Below, piece after piece: positions 30,909 to 39,709 of a DNA stretch of 64,000 nt. The notes below the pieces were generated by a model. That model was not told where the DNA came from and searched no databases. It saw only the letters and a program-made list of their open reading frames with translations. Source of the stretch: an uncultured delta proteobacterium (GTDB lineage Bacteria; Desulfobacterota; Syntrophobacteria; BM002). Each line of letters starts with the position of its first letter. The first letter of the stretch is position 1. The position numbers were made by a program, and so were the translations under genes. The DNA is taken from positions 64,001 to 128,000 of the forward strand of contig CAVQGX010000027.1 of NCBI GenBank assembly GCA_963712115.1, given 5' to 3'.

Positions 30909-32693
30909 ATGTTTCGAATTCGTCGAATCTACGATGACACCTTGCCCGTGGATAAAGATGCCATTGTGCAGGTTCAGCAAATCTTGCTGGAGCAGTTTCC
31001 ATTATTGTGGAAGGAAAAAATCACCGAACTTACAGAGCAACTGCGGAACCCACTGAAATACCGGTTCAGGTCTATTCTTCTCGTTGCCGAAGGCGCACGG
31101 AATCGAGTCAAAGGCTTTGCTCTCCTTCAACACGCCCCAGACCTACAATTTTGCTATTTGGACTTCATGGCAGCAGGGCGGTGGCAGACGGGAGGTGGAG
31201 TCGGTGGCGGCCTCTATGAAAGGGTAAGGGAAGAAGCCTTCTCCATGAAGGCTGTTGGCCTTTTCTTCGAGTGTTTGCCCGATGACCAAACATTGTGTCG
31301 CGACCCGGAGATATTGAAACAAAATGTTGCCAGGCTCCGCTTCTATGAAAAATACGGAGCGCGGCCCATAGTGAACACGGCGTACGAGACACCACTCGGC
31401 CAGGACGATGACTGCCCACCCTATCTGGTCTGCGACAATCTCGGCAGAGACAAAACGTTGCGCCGCTACAAAATGAAAAGCATTGCGCAGGCCATACTCA
31501 GAAGAAAATACGGCGACTTGTGCCCTCCAAAATATATAAAGATGGTGGTAGAGTCCTTCAAAGACGACCCGGTCCGACTCAGAGGTCCCAGGTACGTAAA
31601 AGATGAACCTCCCATCGAGGTAAGGCCTGTCAGGTCCATTGAAAAGAGCATCGCCCTGGTTGTGAATGACAAGCACACCATTCACCACGTTCATAACCGA
31701 GGGTATGTGGAATCACCCGTGCGGATAAGGGCTATTCTAAGGGAAATTGAGCCAACTGGAATTTTTGAGAAGATAAAAGTTCGGCACTTTTCTGACAAAT
31801 ACATCAAAGCCGTTCATGACGGCCAGTTTGTGGAGTACCTGAAACGAGTGTGCAACCACCTTGAACCGGGAAAATCAGTATACCCTTATGTATTTCCCAT
31901 TCGAAATGTTGCTCGGCCCCCCAAGGTTTTACCGATCAGAGCGGGTTACTACTGCATCGACACCTTCACCCCACTGAACGAGAATGCTTACCTTGCGGCC
32001 AAAAGGTCAGTTGACTGCGCCTTGACCGCGGCCCAAAAGATCCTCGAAGGGTATCGCCTAGCCTATGCTTTGGTGCGCCCTCCCGGGCACCACGCCGAGC
32101 ACCGCGCCTTCGGTGGATTCTGCTACTTCAATTCTGCCGCGATTGCAGCTCAGTACTTGAGCTCTTACGGAAAAGTGGCAATGCTGGATCTGGATTACCA
32201 CCACGGAAATGGGGCCCAGAACATTTTCTACAAACGCGCAGATGTATTGACCATATCGATCCACGGCCATCCACGTTTTGCCTACCCCTATTTCAGCGGC
32301 TTTGAAGATGAAAAAGGAGAGTCCGCCGGGTTCGGATACAATATGAATGTCCCCTTGCCGGAAGAAGTGAGCGGGGAAGCATACAGGGAAGCCCTTAAGA
32401 AGGTGCTGAAGCGGATAGAGAAGTTCCAACCTCAATTTCTCGTGGTTCCCCTGGGTTATGATCCCGCCAAAGAGGATCCCACCGGTTCGTGGGGTTTGCG
32501 TGCCAGGGATTTCAGGCTTAATGGAGAAATGGTCGGCTCCCTGAGGTTACCCACGATTGTCGTTCAGGAGGGAGGCTACAGAGTTCGCTCCCTGGGGATC
32601 AATTCCCGTAATTTCTTTACCGGCTTGTGGTCAGGTTTCCATCTTCGTAGCCCTTCAACCGTAAGCTCACACCAGAGAAGTAAGCGCAAGTGA
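30909..32693 (+). CDS. GNAT-like N-terminal domain fused to a histone-deacetylase / acetylpolyamine-amidohydrolase domain
   Basis: N-terminal YLDFMAAGRWQTGGGVGGGLY...RLRFYEKYG (GNAT-like); C-terminal RPPGHHA, GGFCYFN, DLDYHHGNG, QEGGY. Confidence 0.88.
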   Translation: MFRIRRIYDDTLPVDKDAIVQVQQILLEQFPLLWKEKITELTEQLRNPLKYRFRSILLVAEGARNRVKGFALLQHAPDLQFCYLDFMAAGRWQTGGGVGGGLYERVREEAFSMKAVGLFFECLPDDQTLCRDPEILKQNVARLRFYEKYGARPIVNTAYETPLGQDDDCPPYLVCDNLGRDKTLRRYKMKSIAQAILRRKYGDLCPPKYIKMVVESFKDDPVRLRGPRYVKDEPPIEVRPVRSIEKSIALVVNDKHTIHHVHNRGYVESPVRIRAILREIEPTGIFEKIKVRHFSDKYIKAVHDGQFVEYLKRVCNHLEPGKSVYPYVFPIRNVARPPKVLPIRAGYYCIDTFTPLNENAYLAAKRSVDCALTAAQKILEGYRLAYALVRPPGHHAEHRAFGGFCYFNSAAIAAQYLSSYGKVAMLDLDYHHGNGAQNIFYKRADVLTISIHGHPRFAYPYFSGFEDEKGESAGFGYNMNVPLPEEVSGEAYREALKKVLKRIEKFQPQFLVVPLGYDPAKEDPTGSWGLRARDFRLNGEMVGSLRLPTIVVQEGGYRVRSLGINSRNFFTGLWSGFHLRSPSTVSSHQRSKRK

Positions 32694-33178
32694 ACTTCAA
32701 AGGAATCTCTTATCGAGACAAGCCAATCCCCTCCGATGTTGACAGTATCCTGAACATTGTCAAGTCTTCCGGATTTTTTTCTACGGAAGAAGTTGAAATG
32801 GCAGTGGAGTTGGTGCAAGAAAACCTTTCTAAAGGAGAGTCGAGCGGCTATTGTTTTTTATTGGTTGAATTCAATGAGCGAGTTGTTGGTTACAGTTGCT
32901 ATGGACCGATTCCGTGCACCAAAGAAAGTTACGACCTTTACTGGATTGCCGTCCTCCATGACTTTAGAAGCAGGGGAATTGGCCGGGACTTGTTGGAAAG
33001 GACCGAGAAGAAAATAGGGAAAATGGGGGGTAGACGAATCTACGTGGATACCTCTTCCCGTGATCAGTACGAACCAACACGCTCATTCTACCGGGCTAAC
33101 GGCTACGAGCAGGAAGGTGTTCTGAAGGATTTTTACTCTCCTGGGGATGATAAAATTATATACGTCAAACAATTATAG
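32690..33178 (+). CDS. GNAT N-acetyltransferase
   Basis: LYWIAV..DFRSRGIG, TRSFY; GTGA overlap with the upstream gene. Confidence 0.88.
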   Translation: MNFKGISYRDKPIPSDVDSILNIVKSSGFFSTEEVEMAVELVQENLSKGESSGYCFLLVEFNERVVGYSCYGPIPCTKESYDLYWIAVLHDFRSRGIGRDLLERTEKKIGKMGGRRIYVDTSSRDQYEPTRSFYRANGYEQEGVLKDFYSPGDDKIIYVKQL

Positions 33179-33271
33179 TGGGAAGGCAATGGTTTAAACC
33201 CCAGGAACTTCCCTAAAAAAACCGTTGCAGGCCAGAAAAATTCGATGGAATTCCCTGGCCGAGCTATTGTG

Positions 33272-33538
33272 CTACAGTTCAGAATCCACTTCATCTTCGA
33301 AAACCTCCCTGATAGTGAATTTGCTTTTATTAAGCTTATCTATTAACAACTCGTACATTCCAAAAAACTGCTCTAGGGTCTTTAAAAGGTTTGGCCCGAT
33401 TTTTTCAAAACAATTGGGACACCTCAACTCAAGGTTATCGTTAATTTTTTCAATGAATTCAGAAGTGTTAACCGTGAATGTTGAGCCGCATTCATGGCCG
33501 AGAATAAACCATCTAGTCCCCTCTTTCTCTGTTTTCAT
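33272..33538 (-). CDS. Small hypothetical protein, possible zinc ribbon
   Basis: 88 aa with HECG and CPNC; AAGGA RBS. Confidence 0.55.
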   Translation of the reverse strand: MKTEKEGTRWFILGHECGSTFTVNTSEFIEKINDNLELRCPNCFEKIGPNLLKTLEQFFGMYELLIDKLNKSKFTIREVFEDEVDSEL

Positions 33539-33586
33539 TTGGAATTTCCTTTAATCTCATAAGTTAGAGCCAAACACTCAGACATG

Positions 33587-33615
33587 GAAAAACGGGCTTT
33601 CTTAGCCCGTTTTTC
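33587..33615. terminator. Hairpin, terminator-like
   Basis: gaaaaacgggct-N5-agcccgtttttc perfect stem with A/T tails. Confidence 0.5.
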
Positions 33616-33880
33616 CCCGTCCCGATTCAGGGAAAAAATATTTTGGCCTGAGGTTGCAAAGGAACAAATATTATCTTATAAGCGATTCAAAGCAAGCGGA
33701 AAGATTAGAAGGGCATTATAAGTTCTCATGGTGTGCATTACGGAACCTGAATTGGTGTTTGTTTTGACTGAACAAATTTCCACCCTTGATTTTCACTTTT
33801 GCAATATAATTGCCGGTCGGACGAGTTAGTTTAACAGGGAAATCTCCAAGGGTAGACAAAATGGGTCCCGGGAGGGGCGA

Positions 33881-35290
33881 ATGAAATTTGTTCTGGTTGT
33901 TGCCAGGGAACAAGACATTGTCCAGACCATAATGGGGTGTTTTGGCTCTGACTGCAAGGTGAACCGGGCAGCGGACAGAGATGATGCTTTGGAGATGCTG
34001 GGAACGAGGCGCTATGATCTTATCTTTCTTGATCTGGAGATAGTTCAGGGCTCATTAGGGGACAAGGACTATGAAACCGCCTTGCAACAGTTCCGCAATT
34101 TGCAGCCTTCTGTCGAGATTGTTGTGATGTCGCCGCAAGCAATGGTCAGGGAGGCGGTAAAGGCGGTTAAGGCGGGTGCGAGCGACTATATTACTTATCC
34201 TATCGATCCTGAGGAGGTTAACCATGTAACGGAGACCATCAATGAGGCCATAATCCTCCAGTCTGAACTGGACTATTTGAGAGACCGGTTTTGGCAATCG
34301 GATTACATGGACTTGGTCAAGACCAAGAGTCCGGCGATGCAAGAAGTCTTCTCAAGTATCCGCTCTGTAGCTCCAACCAAAAGTACCGTTTTGCTCATCG
34401 GCGAAACGGGTACGGGCAAAGGTCTTATAGCAAGACTCATTCATCAGCACAGTAACCGCCGAGATGCTCAATTTATCAGTGTCCACTGTGGCGCCATTCC
34501 AGACACGCTGGTGGAAAGCGAGTTGTTCGGCCATGAAAAAGGTGCTTTCACCGGCGCAATTCGGAAAAAGCTGGGGAAGTTTGAAATTGCCAAAGGGGGG
34601 ACTATTTTTTTAGATGAAATTGGCACCATAACACCTTCCGCTCAGATAAAGCTCTTACAGGTTTTACAGGACGGAACTTTTCAAAGGGTTGGAGGAGAGG
34701 ATACTATACAAGCCAATGTCAGAGTGATCGCCGCCACAAACATGGATCTCGGAATGATGTGCGACGATGGCCAATTCAGAAAAGATCTTTACTACCGGTT
34801 AAATGTGTTTCCAGTGGAAATCCCGCCCCTGAGGGAGAGAAAAGAGGATATTCCACATATTGCTCAGTTAATCCTGCAAAGATTAGAGAAGTTCAATAAA
34901 AGACAGATCCGATCTATAAATAGCAGCGTGATGGAAGGCTTCATGAAGTACGCCTGGCCAGGAAATGTCCGAGAACTGGAAAACTTGTTAGAGCGTGCCT
35001 ATATTCTGGAAAACTCCTCAGTGCTTACAGTAGAAAGTTTTCCGGCTGAACTTCTTCCATCTCAAGACGTTTCGGCAGGGGTGGAGGTGGATTCTTCCCT
35101 TCCCTTGGCTGAGGTTAGAAATAGAGGGGTTGAGGATATTGAGCGGCGATACCTGCGAGAACTTCTCGCCAGCAAACGAGGAAGAATAAAGGAGTCGGCT
35201 GAGGTCGCCGGCATCAGTACCCGGCAGCTGCACAAGCTGCTCAACAAATACCAAATTAGAAAAGAGGAATTCAAGCAGCGAAATAGTTAA
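33881..35290 (+). CDS. sigma54-dependent activator (NtrC family: atypical receiver, AAA+, Fis-type HTH)
   Basis: GETGTGK, ESELFGHEKGAFTGA, FLDEIG, WPGNVREL, C-terminal HTH. Confidence 0.92.
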   Translation: MKFVLVVAREQDIVQTIMGCFGSDCKVNRAADRDDALEMLGTRRYDLIFLDLEIVQGSLGDKDYETALQQFRNLQPSVEIVVMSPQAMVREAVKAVKAGASDYITYPIDPEEVNHVTETINEAIILQSELDYLRDRFWQSDYMDLVKTKSPAMQEVFSSIRSVAPTKSTVLLIGETGTGKGLIARLIHQHSNRRDAQFISVHCGAIPDTLVESELFGHEKGAFTGAIRKKLGKFEIAKGGTIFLDEIGTITPSAQIKLLQVLQDGTFQRVGGEDTIQANVRVIAATNMDLGMMCDDGQFRKDLYYRLNVFPVEIPPLRERKEDIPHIAQLILQRLEKFNKRQIRSINSSVMEGFMKYAWPGNVRELENLLERAYILENSSVLTVESFPAELLPSQDVSAGVEVDSSLPLAEVRNRGVEDIERRYLRELLASKRGRIKESAEVAGISTRQLHKLLNKYQIRKEEFKQRNS

Positions 35291-35292
35291 AG

Positions 35293-35443
35293 CGGAAATG
35301 GTAGTTCCGACAAGGGAAAATTCGGTCCTGGCAGTTCTTCTTTAAGAATTAAATATATATTTCAAGGGATTGCGCGTAGGATTAAAAGCTAATTCATACC
35401 AGACCCATCCTCTCCCAGGCAGTGATCGGAAGCCGGAGTTCCG
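35293..35443. promoter_or_regulatory. Three GAA-N7-TTC operator/UAS sites
   Basis: CGGAA-N7-TTCCG 35293, CGGTC-N7-TTCTT 35323, gatCGGAA-N7-TTCCGatc 35427. Confidence 0.72.
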
Positions 35444-35497
35444 ATCGCCAGACTCACATCTCTCGTTAAATCCATAAATTACAATAGCTTATCTAAA

Positions 35498-35512
35498 TGG
35501 CACGTCTGTTGC
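35498..35512 (+). promoter_or_regulatory. sigma54 -24/-12 promoter for the small-protein genes
   Basis: TGGCAC-GTCTG-TTGC, consensus match. Confidence 0.85.
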
Positions 35513-35580
35513 CTACGCTTTGACTGGACCAAGGGATGAGCCGGGTACTCAAGTCTGGCTGCAATCGTTAGAGAGGACCA

Positions 35581-35838
35581 ATGGAAAATAAAGATGCAAG
35601 CAGTCTTAAGACTGTAAGAGGACTCGTCATTCCGGTGGACTGGGACGATAAGGGCAATGTCACTGCCACGGCCATTTCGACTCACCTGGAAGAAGAGTAC
35701 CTAGTAGACCAAGACGCTTGGGGTGAGGCGTTGCTGGCTTTCCTCCGCCAGAGGGTGAAAGTAAGCGGATCTGTAGTGCTAAAGAAAGATGGCAAAAAGG
35801 TCATTACAGTGAAGAAATATGAAGTGTTGGAAGAGTGA
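35581..35838 (+). CDS. Small beta-rich hypothetical protein (cytoplasmic paralogue)
   Basis: GAGGA RBS; aligns by eye with 35921-36247. Confidence 0.75.
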   Translation: MENKDASSLKTVRGLVIPVDWDDKGNVTATAISTHLEEEYLVDQDAWGEALLAFLRQRVKVSGSVVLKKDGKKVITVKKYEVLEE

Positions 35839-35920
35839 TCAATAAAGAAGTTTAATCTAAGAAGGTGCGGGAATTGTCCCGTTTTCTGTAGTGCGAACAA
35901 GAATTGAATAGGGAGGAAGA

Positions 35921-36247
35921 ATGATGTTGCTGCGAAAAAAAATTCTGCTGCCTGTCCTGAGTATTTTGGCGATTGTCGCCCTGATGGGCGCCGTACAGCT
36001 GTTTGCGGCCGCAGAAGAAGTAGAGATTGCTGGAACCGTCTTTGCCGCTGAGTGGGACGCCAACGACAATGTCACGGCTGTTGTCATTGCAACCGAGGAG
36101 GGGGAAGAAATCGCTGTATCCACCTCGGGCAAGGGCATTGAACTCCTGAAGCTCGAAGAGAGAAATGTAAAAGCGACCGGTTCGATTGTCACGGATGAGG
36201 AAGGTCGGAAAACGATCACCATAACTAAATACATCGTCCAGGAATAG
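35921..36247 (+). CDS. Small beta-rich hypothetical protein (exported paralogue)
   Basis: GGAGG RBS, signal peptide, WD..NVTA..I.T..EE..V...G..LL....VK..GS.V....G.K.IT..KY shared with the upstream gene. Confidence 0.8.
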   Translation: MMLLRKKILLPVLSILAIVALMGAVQLFAAAEEVEIAGTVFAAEWDANDNVTAVVIATEEGEEIAVSTSGKGIELLKLEERNVKATGSIVTDEEGRKTITITKYIVQE

Positions 36248-36372
36248 AGCCGGAAAGCTCTTCGTCAGTTTAGAGAAGGGGAGCCCGTGTCAGCGGTCTT
36301 TTAGAAATGTGAGGGGGGGAGGCCCCCTCACTTGCTTAGTCCAGAGCCGGGAAGCTTCCCTAGGAGTTCACC

Positions 36373-36591
36373 ATGCAAGAGAAAAGATTAATCTGCACTC
36401 AGTGCGGCAACCCGTTTATCTTTACCATTCCCGAACAGCAACGTCTCAACTCCCTCGGGTTTGATGCCCCGAAGCGGTGTGGGGAATGTCGGAAAAAGAA
36501 GATTAAAGACGGCCCGTCACGGCATGAGACAAAAATGAAGTACAAACGCCAGAAATCTAAAAACCACTCGGAGGACGTTTTCGACCATTAG
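36373..36591 (+). CDS. Zinc-ribbon protein (CxxC-x..-PKRCxxC type)
   Basis: LICTQCGNPFIFT..EQ.......GF.APKRCGECR; AGGAG RBS. Confidence 0.8.
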   Translation: MQEKRLICTQCGNPFIFTIPEQQRLNSLGFDAPKRCGECRKKKIKDGPSRHETKMKYKRQKSKNHSEDVFDH

Positions 36592-36692
36592 TCATAGTTG
36601 GTAGAAGTTCAGAGCTGACAGGTGGTGCGTATTTGCCCTCCTTTTATCGGAAAAGCAATCCTTCAACCTTAATCGAGATTAGAGGTTTTTGT

Positions 36693-36721
36693 TTGACATC
36701 TCTTTGTCATTTTGCTAGCTC
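36693..36721 (+). promoter_or_regulatory. Putative sigma70 promoter for mgtE
   Basis: TTGACA, 17 bp spacer, TG-n-TAGCTC. Confidence 0.4.
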
Positions 36722-36856
36722 ATTTAAGGACACAACAAAGGGGTGCGGCACTCTGGAATATGGAATCAAATTTATCTAAAGACCCGCACAGTAGCAAAAG
36801 GGACAAAGGAGGCAGCAGTTTGAATTGCCTCGCTACCTGCGGACAGGGCAAAGGCA

Positions 36857-38218
36857 ATGACCGAGAGAGGATACCAATTGCTTCAGGACACGGTAGAGAG
36901 GCTGTTGCGCCGAAATGCCACTTACCACCTGACCAATATCCTCAAAAAGACCCACCCTGCTGATATAGCCTACCTTTTCAAACTTCTGGACGACCGTTCA
37001 GCCCACACCGTTTTCAAGCTCTTACCCGATGTGGACACCGCCGCTGATGTCTTGTCGGAGATACACCCGTCTTTCCGGAGCAAATTCATTCAAACTCTGT
37101 CCACCGACCGTCTGGTGGAGATCCTTTCTGCCATGGCGGATGACGATGCAGCAGACCTACTCGCCGGTCTCCCAGATGAGGTACGTGAGAAAATCCTTGG
37201 GCTCATGTCGCACAAAGACACAGAAGAGCTCTCTGAGCTATTGAGATACCCGGAGGATTCGGCCGGCCGCATTATGACCACTGATTTTCTAGCCCTGCCA
37301 GAGAACATGAGCGCCCAAGAGGCGGTGCAAGAAGTGCGCAAGGCGTCGGCAACCGAGATGGTCTTCTACCTCTACGTGGTTGATGAGCAACGGCGTCTTT
37401 CAGGCGTGCTCTCTTTGCGCCAGCTGGTAACTGCCACTGATGAGACCAAGCTTTCCCGTATAATGACATCAGAGGTGGTCAAAGTGCATGTCACTACTGA
37501 CCAGGAGGAAGCAGCGCGAAAGGTTTCACGTTACAACCTCCTGGCGGTACCTGTTGTAGGTGACAACGATATTCTTGTTGGGATTATAACTGTAGATGAC
37601 GTTATCGATGTTTTGCGCGAGGAAGCCACCGAGGACATTTTGAAAATGGCCGGCACCTCAGAGGAAGAGATCAGTTCTTTCTCAGTGTGGCGCAGTGTAA
37701 GGGTACGCCTGCCCTGGCTTTTCGCAGCCTGGATCGGAGGCGTTGCTGCTATCAAGATAATAGAGGGCTTTGAAGGCCAGTTCAGCGAACAGATCACCTT
37801 GTTCGCCTCCCTGGCGGCTTTCATTCCGGTTATCATGGGAATGGGGGGCAACATAGGTACCCAAAGCCTATCAATCACCGTCCGTGGGCTGGCTACTGGA
37901 AGGATTGATCCCAAATTGCTGTGGAGGGTAGTTTTTAAAGAGATCAGGGTGGGGCTGCTCCTTGGGATTGCTTATGGCTTCCTACTTGCTCTCGTGGGCT
38001 GGTTTTTGAACAAGAGCCTAATCTTGGGTGTGGCGGTGGGTGTGGCCATGTGTGGTAATATGACCCTGGCGGCGGTGGTCGGCACTTTCTTACCCCTAAT
38101 AGCCACAAAGCTTCGCATAGATCCGGCGGTGGCCTCGGGTCCCTTCGTGACTACCAGTATAGACGTCCTCGGCGTCACCCTCTTTTTCCTCACCGCTGCC
38201 CTGCTCATCCTCAACTGA
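36857..38218 (+). CDS. mgtE: Magnesium transporter MgtE
   Basis: MgtE_N (HPADIA), YPEDSAGRIMT, CBS pair, RLPWL, MGGNIGTQ, DPAVASGPFVTTSID. Confidence 0.95.
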   Translation: MTERGYQLLQDTVERLLRRNATYHLTNILKKTHPADIAYLFKLLDDRSAHTVFKLLPDVDTAADVLSEIHPSFRSKFIQTLSTDRLVEILSAMADDDAADLLAGLPDEVREKILGLMSHKDTEELSELLRYPEDSAGRIMTTDFLALPENMSAQEAVQEVRKASATEMVFYLYVVDEQRRLSGVLSLRQLVTATDETKLSRIMTSEVVKVHVTTDQEEAARKVSRYNLLAVPVVGDNDILVGIITVDDVIDVLREEATEDILKMAGTSEEEISSFSVWRSVRVRLPWLFAAWIGGVAAIKIIEGFEGQFSEQITLFASLAAFIPVIMGMGGNIGTQSLSITVRGLATGRIDPKLLWRVVFKEIRVGLLLGIAYGFLLALVGWFLNKSLILGVAVGVAMCGNMTLAAVVGTFLPLIATKLRIDPAVASGPFVTTSIDVLGVTLFFLTAALLILN

Positions 38219-38246
38219 GTTGCCCGGCACTGCTTGGCGTGTGACC

Positions 38247-38470
38247 TTTCGCAGTCACTCAGAAGAGACATCAGCATAGGCCAAAAGGGAATGCTGCGAA
38301 ACAACGAGCATCTGAGCAACCTGTCTTTGCCAATCTCAGCCTTGAGAGGGCCTGCATGAAGATGTGGTGCTTCCTCAACAGGAACTCTGCCAATAAATGG
38401 CGCGAATATGATCGTTGTGGAGTAGCTTTCCTGTGGCCTATGTCAGAAAAATATTCTTGGGGAAACTCCT
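38247..38470. repeat. ~225-bp dispersed repeat, copy 2
   Basis: Direct-orientation copy of 10342-10566. Confidence 0.85.
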
Positions 38471-38490
38471 GAAAAAAGGTAGAAAAATTT

Positions 38491-38700
38491 ATGAAGCTCC
38501 TTTGTCCTAACAATTGTCCACCTGCTATAGACAGTAATATTGGATTTCGCTTGGTAGGTGTACCAGTCAATTTGAGAGATGATTTAACCATAGATATTGA
38601 AGGAATACATAGTTCCATAATTAATATCCTTAAGGGGCTAATACCGGGTGCCAAATTATTATGTGGCAGGTGCAACGAAAAAGCAGTGATGGAAAAGTAA
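38491..38700 (+). CDS. Small hypothetical protein with CPxxC...CxxC
   Basis: 69-aa ORF, CPNNC and CGRC; AT-rich. Confidence 0.45.
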   Translation: MKLLCPNNCPPAIDSNIGFRLVGVPVNLRDDLTIDIEGIHSSIINILKGLIPGAKLLCGRCNEKAVMEK

Positions 38701-38944
38701 TATTATCTCACCAAATTTTCTATCTTCCCGGCCAATATCAAAGGTGAGCTTTTGCCTCGACTGCGGTTGTGGTTGCGCTGGACATTGGTCCTGAAGTGTA
38801 CTAAAAAAATTTTTTGGCTCGGAAAGAGTGAGGGGTTGTTTCTGAGTTAAGGAGAGAGGGCAGTCACGGGAAGCCCCATAGCGTTCCGAAGGATTACTAA
38901 AGATTGAACAGATGAAACTCTTGGGGGCAAAAGGTGAGATTAGG

Positions 38945-39307
38945 ATGAAGAGGCTAGTTTTTGTTATACTACTGGTATTCTTCTTTTCAGCAAATGCATA
39001 TGGCAATAATTGCGCGAGATTAACCAACCGTGAATTCTATGTTGAGTCGTTGTCTAACTCTTGCCAGGTTGTCTGGGGTGCCGAAATACTCAACATTTGT
39101 GATAGACCCATTGAGCTGGAATTAGAAGGCGCCTTGGTTAATAAGAAAGGCTACGTACTGCACAAGGACAGGTCGCGGAAGATTTTTCTGGAACCTGGAG
39201 AAACCGCAAAGGTACATCGAAGATTTGCCACTAGTTGTCGCTTATTACTCGAGGTCAAAGCGCTTAACTATTCCACCATCGTCGTAAAACATAGCAAAGG
39301 CAGATAG
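38945..39307 (+). CDS. Hypothetical exported protein
   Basis: MKRLVFVILLVFFFSANAYG signal peptide, Ig-like LEPGET motif, four Cys. Confidence 0.65.
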   Translation: MKRLVFVILLVFFFSANAYGNNCARLTNREFYVESLSNSCQVVWGAEILNICDRPIELELEGALVNKKGYVLHKDRSRKIFLEPGETAKVHRRFATSCRLLLEVKALNYSTIVVKHSKGR

Positions 39308-39363
39308 GTAAGAGTTAGTGAGTTATATTATTCATTCGAATCAAGGCAGCCTGATCCTTTTGG

Positions 39364-39676
39364 CCAGGTAGGAGTTCAATGGTTTGCCAGTAAAGGAGAC
39401 GAGCGGTTTTGGAGTACCATAGGAATAGAAATTCCAAATCACAAATCACAGATATCAAACAAATCACAATGACCAAAATTCGAAATTCCAAACCTGTTTT
39501 GTGTTTTGGTCATTGAATATTGGAATTTGAGATTTATTTGTAATTTGGTGCTTGGAGTTTGGGATTTCACTTTTTCACCACTCCATTACTCCAGCAGACG
39601 TGCGTATAAAGGAAAGACCCTAAAAGCCCCCCTGGGGGGCAGCTCAAAGCCAGTTTTTTTGGGCCAGGACTCTTTA
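39364..39676. mobile_element. MITE-like element with a heptamer palindrome nested inside octamer arms
   Basis: Colinear with 51561-51854; ends gggccaggactcttta. Confidence 0.8.
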
Positions 39677-39709
39677 TTAATCTAAACTAATCACTTGAAG
39701 GAGGAAGCT

